A stretch of DNA of 64,000 bases, from IMG/VR virus record IMGVR_UViG_3300020473_000011, positions 1 to 64,000 of that record; one strand, 5' to 3'. Both the position numbers and the translations under genes were made by a program. The notes under the pieces were generated by a model. That model made no database searches and had not been told where the DNA came from. It worked only from the letters and a program-made list of their open reading frames with translations. Shown one piece after another: positions 58,301-64,000 of the stretch (positions are counted from its first letter, which is position 1; every line of letters begins with the position of its first letter).

Positions 58301-58753
58301 ATGGTGGATTGTAAAAGACTAAATGGTGCAGAAGATCAACAGCTTGCTGCCTTTGCACGCAAGCAGCTTGGTGAGGTACTTTCCACAGGCGAGCAAGATT
58401 ACAGGGTTCGTATTTACGATGCAGGCGGCAATGCCCATGAGCTTTGTCTCCCGACGGTGGCCTTAGAACTTTTTTCGGATGCCCTCGCTATCATGGCAAA
58501 AGGCGACGCCGTCGCGCTGGGTCAGGTTGGGGCTGAGTTGACTACACAGGAAGCTGCCGACCTTTTGGGTATGTCTCGGCCAACGTTCATTAAACTTCTT
58601 GATGCGGATGCACTACCCCACACTAGAAAAGGGAATCGTCGCAAGGTGTCTATCGAAGACGTCTTGGCTTATAAGAAAAAGAATGCAGACGGCCGCCTTG
58701 ACGCATTAGGTCAGCTTAGTAGTCTAGACCAAGAGCTAGGATTAGGCTACTAG
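58301..58753 (+). CDS. Excisionase-family HTH DNA-binding protein (antitoxin-like)
   Basis: ELTTQEAADLLGMSRPTFIKLLD..GNRRKV..DVLAYK..QELGLGY. Confidence 0.85.
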   Translation: MVDCKRLNGAEDQQLAAFARKQLGEVLSTGEQDYRVRIYDAGGNAHELCLPTVALELFSDALAIMAKGDAVALGQVGAELTTQEAADLLGMSRPTFIKLLDADALPHTRKGNRRKVSIEDVLAYKKKNADGRLDALGQLSSLDQELGLGY

Positions 58754-58789
58754 CTGCTTGAGAGCCAGCGCACGGCTGGCTTCGTACAT

Positions 58790-59635
58790 TCAGCTGTTGG
58801 CCACAACTTTCTTTGCAGCGGTGACAAGCCAATCATAATGGTCGGTGCCTACAGGAACTGCATCAGCTGAGCTACCCGATTGCACCTTATCGTAGAAGGC
58901 CAAGGCTTCTTTTAGCTCATCAATATCACCACGTTTTTGCGTAAACTCCCCCGTCTCTGTATTAAAGCGGATCTGATGCTTACTGAGGGCACGAGCCGCA
59001 TCAGTATAGCAGGCTGCATAGCATTCGCTTTCCGACGTATCGCGGTCGTAATGCTCTGGGTCGACACCTGTCGCCTCTGACAGCGTAGAAACCATTTGGT
59101 CGAGACAGTCACGATAATAGTCGGCCTCGTCAGTCGGGTTGGACAGGTGGTTTATGACCTTTAGCTCAGCGTCTATGGCTTCTTGGCCTTTAGGCACGCA
59201 ACAGCCATCATGGTGAACAATACACTGGTCTGAAAGCGCATCTTGTGTCGCCCCGCAGAAATCGCAACAGCGCCAGCCACCAACTAGCGTTGTATAAGGC
59301 ACGCTATCTACGGTTGGCTCATCGACTGACCCAAAGGTAAGGCCATGGGCTTTCATTTGGTTTAGGATGTCTAATGATTGCTTTAAAAGAGCTACAGTGT
59401 CTTCACAGCAAAAAGAGACAACCCGTTCCTTTGCAGCTTCTGCATCAGCGAAAGAACCTATGTGCTCCGTCCCAATAGTGGCCTGCCAAGAACAATCGCC
59501 TTTGCCTGAGACATAGAAGACTCGTGCCTTCATACCTAATACGGGTATATCTGCTGAATAGCTGGGAAGGTCAGCCTTCGTCTCTGTTTGCGCCCAATTT
59601 AAGATTAAGCCCGAGGCTGTGTTAATGCTTGTCAT
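58790..59635 (-). CDS. Hypothetical protein
   Basis: 281-aa ORF with CDFC..H..C motif. Confidence 0.65.
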   Translation of the reverse strand: MTSINTASGLILNWAQTETKADLPSYSADIPVLGMKARVFYVSGKGDCSWQATIGTEHIGSFADAEAAKERVVSFCCEDTVALLKQSLDILNQMKAHGLTFGSVDEPTVDSVPYTTLVGGWRCCDFCGATQDALSDQCIVHHDGCCVPKGQEAIDAELKVINHLSNPTDEADYYRDCLDQMVSTLSEATGVDPEHYDRDTSESECYAACYTDAARALSKHQIRFNTETGEFTQKRGDIDELKEALAFYDKVQSGSSADAVPVGTDHYDWLVTAAKKVVANS

Positions 59636-59636
59636 A

Positions 59637-60122
59637 TTAGTCCTCGCCCAATGGGCAGTTTATGTGTTTGTTACCGTATAGGATCGCGACACCACAACCG
59701 CAGCGTTTTACGTGACTGCCCACGGTCATACTTTCTAGCTGTACTGTGCTACGCGGACGACTAGGCGCGCGGTACCTTTCTTCCAAGTGTTGCCCACCCT
59801 GTTTTAGCAGCTCAATGTCATCTAAGCTCGATAGTCTGCGTCGTGTCTCGAAAGCTGAGTTAGTAAGATTCTGTTCTGAAATGGCTTTACATGAAGGCTC
59901 TACATGGGTTTGGCCATGGAAACCGTGCTGTGTTGCAGCGCTTAGGAAGCTCTGAGTCTTCGCTATCGCGCCCGAAAAGTCATACTTAGTAAAAGGCTGA
60001 TCCGTATGACGGTTCACGGCCTCAAGTAACACCCCATGAGGGATGGGAAGACCTAGACTAATCATCATCTTTCGCCTTAATCCAGTTGTACTCATTAGGC
60101 GGGTATGCCTCAAGGGCTTCAA
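59637..60122 (-). CDS. Hypothetical protein (start probably near 60068)
   Basis: Coupled ORF in the minus-strand operon. Confidence 0.5.
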   Translation of the reverse strand: MKPLRHTRLMSTTGLRRKMMISLGLPIPHGVLLEAVNRHTDQPFTKYDFSGAIAKTQSFLSAATQHGFHGQTHVEPSCKAISEQNLTNSAFETRRRLSSLDDIELLKQGGQHLEERYRAPSRPRSTVQLESMTVGSHVKRCGCGVAILYGNKHINCPLGED

Positions 60123-60273
60123 GCAAAGTTCGCTTATTTTCGTCCCATATACCGCTCGGCCAGAATTGGAAGAGTGTCACTAGTCCATCTTTATCACGCC
60201 ATGCGTAACAATCGAATACGATGTCAGTCTTAGCGGTGCTCGGTAGCTTGTCATTGTTGGCCACGCCTGTCAT
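60058..60273 (-). CDS. Hypothetical protein
   Basis: Coupled ORF. Confidence 0.55.
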   Translation of the reverse strand: MTGVANNDKLPSTAKTDIVFDCYAWRDKDGLVTLFQFWPSGIWDENKRTLLEALEAYPPNEYNWIKAKDDD

Positions 60274-60648
60274 TTATTCTTTGCCTCTCGTAGTTTCTTT
60301 GCATTTTAATTCGGTTTTAGCAGTGCCATCATGCGTAGACTCATCACTTAGCTTTTCTAGGATGTCCCACTCGCTTTCAAAGACAGAGGCCAAGCCCGAT
60401 TCGTGCCAAATACGATAGCCCCGAAATGAGACTTTGCCCCTAAATACGCGCTCGACACAGCCTTTGCAGTTGAAGCGGGTCACATTCTTGTCCCCATGAG
60501 GCTCTACCGTATCGATCTGTGCACGCTTACCGTTACGCATCAGATAGATTCCAACGCTGTCGATAATCACGGGCTTTGTGTTCATAGGCGTAATTGCACT
60601 ATCATTCATGGTATCTATTTCCTTTTGGCTTGTTAGCTTGTTAGGCAC
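60274..60648 (-). CDS. Hypothetical protein
   Basis: GIYLMRNGKRAQI...WDIL phage-like pattern. Confidence 0.6.
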   Translation of the reverse strand: MPNKLTSQKEIDTMNDSAITPMNTKPVIIDSVGIYLMRNGKRAQIDTVEPHGDKNVTRFNCKGCVERVFRGKVSFRGYRIWHESGLASVFESEWDILEKLSDESTHDGTAKTELKCKETTRGKE

Positions 60649-60690
60649 AAAGGCCGTATAAATCTAGATAAGCTACTGCGTACCAGCGCA

Positions 60691-61722
60691 TTATACAAAC
60701 TCTACGGCGGATTGTAAGTCTTTGAACCCACGGTCGTCATAGCGGCGCGTCGTATCAACATTGGAATGGCCAAGTAGCTTAGCCACCTCAAAAATGTCAC
60801 GGCCATTAAGAAGTAATCTAGTCGCAAAGTAATGACGAAGAGCATGCGGGTGCAGCCCCGTTACATTGTCGGCCTCGCCAGCTTTACGGATAACGTTGTA
60901 GACCCCAGTCGTTGATAGTCCATTGTCTAAAACTTTATCGACGATGTTTACCTTGCGGAATAAAGGGGCTGACCGCTTTTTATTGTTCGTTGTAAGCACG
61001 ACCCGTGCCCAGTCCATTAGGGCTTTATGTAGCTCGCTATTCATAGGAACGTCACGAAGCTTCGCTCCCTTACCCAATACACTGATAAACGACTCTTTAT
61101 GACCACTCTTAGAAAAACGGATGTCTTGTAGGCGCAGGTTGGCCACTTCTTCGCGGCGTAGGCCAGCATGTGACATGCACATGAAAATCGCGCGGTTTCT
61201 CACGCTGATGTTTTTAAGGGTGCCAATACTACCGATAACTTGATTAACAGTAGCCGCAGGAAGCGCCCCTAAGTCGCGCTCAGACGTTAAGTTGCTAAGA
61301 TTGTCTAGTTGCCCTTCTAACCACGTTAAATCGACCTCATCGTTGCTAGCGTTCGATTTAGCCTGCTTCTTTGCATTACTCTTAACGGATTTGATGGCAT
61401 GCTTAATCTTTTCGTAGGCTGTCTCGGTAAGCTTGTCTGAGATAAGTGCCCAGTTAAGTGTTTTTCGAACGATAGTTAGAACAGTGTTTATATAGCTTGT
61501 AGACTTACCCTCTTCGACTAGTGCAGTTCTCAGGTCTGAGTATTCTTGGATGGTCAACGCGTGCCACTCGAAACTAAGGACAGACTCATTATTGTCAGCC
61601 TTTGCTGCGTGAGGTGTGCGCTTTAGCGCAGCGCGTAAGTTCTTTACTACAGCGCCCTTTGAAGCGTCTGAGGTAAGGCTCGCGAGATATAGGTCAATAT
61701 AAGCTTGCATAGTCGGTCTCAA
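60691..61722 (-). CDS. Xer-like tyrosine recombinase
   Basis: GLRREE, GKGAK, HPHALRHYFAT, LLGHSNVDTTRRY. Confidence 0.93.
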   Translation of the reverse strand: MRPTMQAYIDLYLASLTSDASKGAVVKNLRAALKRTPHAAKADNNESVLSFEWHALTIQEYSDLRTALVEEGKSTSYINTVLTIVRKTLNWALISDKLTETAYEKIKHAIKSVKSNAKKQAKSNASNDEVDLTWLEGQLDNLSNLTSERDLGALPAATVNQVIGSIGTLKNISVRNRAIFMCMSHAGLRREEVANLRLQDIRFSKSGHKESFISVLGKGAKLRDVPMNSELHKALMDWARVVLTTNNKKRSAPLFRKVNIVDKVLDNGLSTTGVYNVIRKAGEADNVTGLHPHALRHYFATRLLLNGRDIFEVAKLLGHSNVDTTRRYDDRGFKDLQSAVEFV

Positions 61723-61772
61723 CTTATCAGTGTATCGGTTCTATTCCGCTGCATGGCAGCGGTTTATGACGA

Positions 61773-61802
61773 TACTATAAGCTATCATTGTACAATGATC
61801 AA
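61773..61802 (-). promoter_or_regulatory. Recombinase promoter with the operator in the spacer
   Basis: TTGATC-17 bp-TATAGT overlapping perfect ATCATTGTACAATGAT (61784-61799). Confidence 0.7.
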
Positions 61803-61805
61803 GAC

Positions 61806-62120
61806 CTATTTACGAATTAGTGTACAACTCTCAACCTTGCAGCTAATAACATATTCTTCATGGAAGTCGAACTCAACCTCGCGCAGGAAGTCTTCTTGGT
61901 CAAGGTGTGAGTCAACTTCGGCAATTAGATAGATCTCACCTTGACCGTCATTGCTGTGCACATCAACGTCGTATAGGTCAGCGTCACTAAGGTGAGGCGG
62001 CGTTGTACCCTTCTCATATAGCTCTAGTTCATCTTGCAGCACTGAAACAACGCGGTCAGGGCACATTACTTCTAGGCGTGTTGCTAGCTTTAGCAGCACG
62101 CGAAAACGATTGTTATTCAT
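61806..62120 (-). CDS. Acidic hypothetical protein
   Basis: 104-aa ORF. Confidence 0.55.
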   Translation of the reverse strand: MNNNRFRVLLKLATRLEVMCPDRVVSVLQDELELYEKGTTPPHLSDADLYDVDVHSNDGQGEIYLIAEVDSHLDQEDFLREVEFDFHEEYVISCKVESCTLIRK

Positions 62121-62146
62121 CAGTAGTCTCTCTTATTTTAAAATTC

Positions 62147-62392
62147 TTATTTTTCTTCAACCCAAGGGTGCGTTACGCCATACTCAACTGACATTTTCTG
62201 TTTAAATACAGTATCAGGCTTCGCCAAGGCAATTTCATTCTCTTCAAAGCGGTCATCGCGTACAGAGAAGTACTTGTCGAATAATCGTTTTGGAATGCGC
62301 ATTGCGGCCATGGCTTTAGGCTTGCTTGTTGCTGCCACCATGAAATTATTCACGCCGTCTTTGCTTCCATAGAATACTTTTAGCTTTGCCAT
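62147..62392 (-). CDS. Hypothetical protein
   Basis: Start MAKLKVF after AAGGGA SD. Confidence 0.6.
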   Translation of the reverse strand: MAKLKVFYGSKDGVNNFMVAATSKPKAMAAMRIPKRLFDKYFSVRDDRFEENEIALAKPDTVFKQKMSVEYGVTHPWVEEK

Positions 62393-62510
62393 GAGGCTGT
62401 TCCCTTTAGTTGGTATTGTCTGTAAAAGGCTGCGGGGCAACCGACTTGGCACAAATTTATAGAATCGTTGTACAACCGTCAAGTTTTATTTATGTTTTAA
62501 ATGAAAGTAG

Positions 62511-62570
62511 CTGCGCCGCAACGCTTTTCATTCAAAAAGTGTTGTACAACGATGTGAGTGATGCTATAGT
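62511..62570 (+). promoter_or_regulatory. Regulon promoter module
   Basis: CTGCGCCGCAA box, GTGTTGTACAACGAT, TTGTAC-17-TATAGT. Confidence 0.75.
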
Positions 62571-62609
62571 CAGCCCTATTGAAAGCACTAACTAATTTGA
62601 GATCCCGAT

Positions 62610-63668
62610 ATGGACACAAGTACGCCTGAATTAAACATTGTTGATAAGATCGTAAAAAGCGCAATTTTGACACACTTTTCTACGAACCCATCACGTGCCC
62701 ATGTACTCAGCCACGTGCTACTTACGACAGGTAACTGTTACGAGTGGGTTAAGGATGCAGATGGTCTTTATGTACTAGAGTCTCCATTCGACGATGCTGA
62801 TGGCACAACGACGCGCATCGAACCAGAAGAACATGAAGAACTCGATGGGGCATTCAAGCTCCTTGCACGCTTCAAGGACAGCAACGCGAGTATTACATTT
62901 CGTAATATGATCACTGAGTGGATTTCTGACAATATCGACGTCTACTGTACGCGACGTTTCCAAGCTGAGCTAGGTGCAGACCTCAGCCCAACACGGGCTT
63001 ATACTAACTTTATGCCTGACTCGGCTGCGATCTCCACGATGCCTAACGTAGAAGAGATACACCCAGTTTGGGTGGCCGCCATAGAAGAGCTTATCTCTAA
63101 CCAGTTTGACCTTATCTGGGCGGGCGGTCTACCGAGAGGAAGCCGTGAGGCACTTGAACACGTAAGACAGTACGACCCTGCCTACGCACAGCTATACCTC
63201 GCGCTCATGAACGCACGCGAAAAGATAGAAGCTGCTAAGCCTGTGAAGAATAACCCGTATACGCAGAAGTTAGTAGAAAAGCGTGAGAAGCGTCTAGCAG
63301 AGAATTATGCACAACTGACTGCGAAGGCTGAGAACGCAGAATGGGAAGCGCCGAGCTTCGAAGAGTTTGTGAAAATAAGCGCAACCGACTTTAAGAAAGG
63401 GAACATCATTATCCATGAAGAACTAGTCTCTTTTGTGACTGGTCGTCAGGAAGATATGCACCGATTCTTCCCAAACGGTAAGCCTAACGCTGACTTTGAG
63501 CGCCAAGCTATGGCCGTCATTGAATCTTGCACAGCATTCACCAGATACCCACAGGCATCTACCCTAGTCTATGACATAAAGCGTGAGCTTGGTATACGCA
63601 CAGCCTGTGAACCTTTGATTGAGGTCTACGTCAATGACGTATTACCTATGCTTTTCTCAGCCTCTTAA
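62610..63668 (+). CDS. Hypothetical protein
   Basis: 352-aa ORF. Confidence 0.75.
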   Translation: MDTSTPELNIVDKIVKSAILTHFSTNPSRAHVLSHVLLTTGNCYEWVKDADGLYVLESPFDDADGTTTRIEPEEHEELDGAFKLLARFKDSNASITFRNMITEWISDNIDVYCTRRFQAELGADLSPTRAYTNFMPDSAAISTMPNVEEIHPVWVAAIEELISNQFDLIWAGGLPRGSREALEHVRQYDPAYAQLYLALMNAREKIEAAKPVKNNPYTQKLVEKREKRLAENYAQLTAKAENAEWEAPSFEEFVKISATDFKKGNIIIHEELVSFVTGRQEDMHRFFPNGKPNADFERQAMAVIESCTAFTRYPQASTLVYDIKRELGIRTACEPLIEVYVNDVLPMLFSAS

Positions 63669-63700
63669 AACCAATTAGAACTATTAGAAGGAAACTTAAA

Positions 63701-63955
63701 ATGACCGTAAGAAACGTAACACAGTACTTGATCGAAGCCTTCAAAAACAACGGCGTTGAGACTATCCAACCGAATGCAAGCGTGCGGTTTGTTACATCAC
63801 TTATTGATGAGCTACCGCGAAGCTGGCATGGGCTTGGGCGTGATGACCTAGTAAAGAAAATACGTGTAACCTGCGAGTTGGGTGCGAGTGGCGGCAAGCT
63901 TAAACGCCGCAGAGTTAAAGATGTTAAGGGCTACGTCTACGACATCTTAGTGTAA
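63701..63955 (+). CDS. Hypothetical protein
   Basis: AAGGA SD; 84-aa ORF. Confidence 0.6.
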   Translation: MTVRNVTQYLIEAFKNNGVETIQPNASVRFVTSLIDELPRSWHGLGRDDLVKKIRVTCELGASGGKLKRRRVKDVKGYVYDILV

Positions 63956-64000
63956 CCTAAACCTGCTGAAATAACCTGCGGCGTAGATATTTTCGAATAA

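Noticed and set aside
1-64000. Calling the element a prophage or a conjugative plasmid
   Set aside because: No capsid, terminase, tail, relaxase or T4SS genes were recognised in this window; identity needs the whole replicon.

Overview
64 kb of a large, gene-dense, low-to-mid GC extrachromosomal replicon, probably a gammaproteobacterial megaplasmid or phage-plasmid. No capsid, tail or conjugation genes were recognised in this window. It carries a replication module (AEP-like Rep, GATC-rich putative origin, adjacent DNA methyltransferase), two tyrosine recombinases, HU, ProQ/FinO, HPF, nucleotide-pool enzymes (dUTPase, dCMP deaminase, NDT-like, DEDDh exonuclease), three HAD phosphatases, a CYTH protein, a TnpB with its right-end RNA, and many hypothetical genes. 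Many genes sit behind a shared promoter module built on a TTGTACAA palindrome. The standout is a minus-strand locus at 38232-39307. A sigma70 promoter drives a 14-codon leader peptide absent from the ORF track (MANVALYFWCYLFR). Its eight consecutive UNN codons (UUA UAU UUU UGG UGU UAU UUA UUU) match exactly the six downstream tRNA genes (Tyr x2, Phe, Leu-UAA, Trp, Cys). Between them lie mutually exclusive hairpins ending in a terminator, and an XRE-HTH gene nearly free of those codons. This looks like a ribosome-stalling attenuator that senses loss of UNN-decoding tRNAs and switches on replacement tRNAs, five of six of which lack the MiaA A36-A37-A38 motif. A second candidate system is a GRDP/DUF1399-like protein followed by two paralogous Gly/Ser/Cys-rich precursor-like peptides. 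All calls were made by eye; no database searches or folding programs were run.
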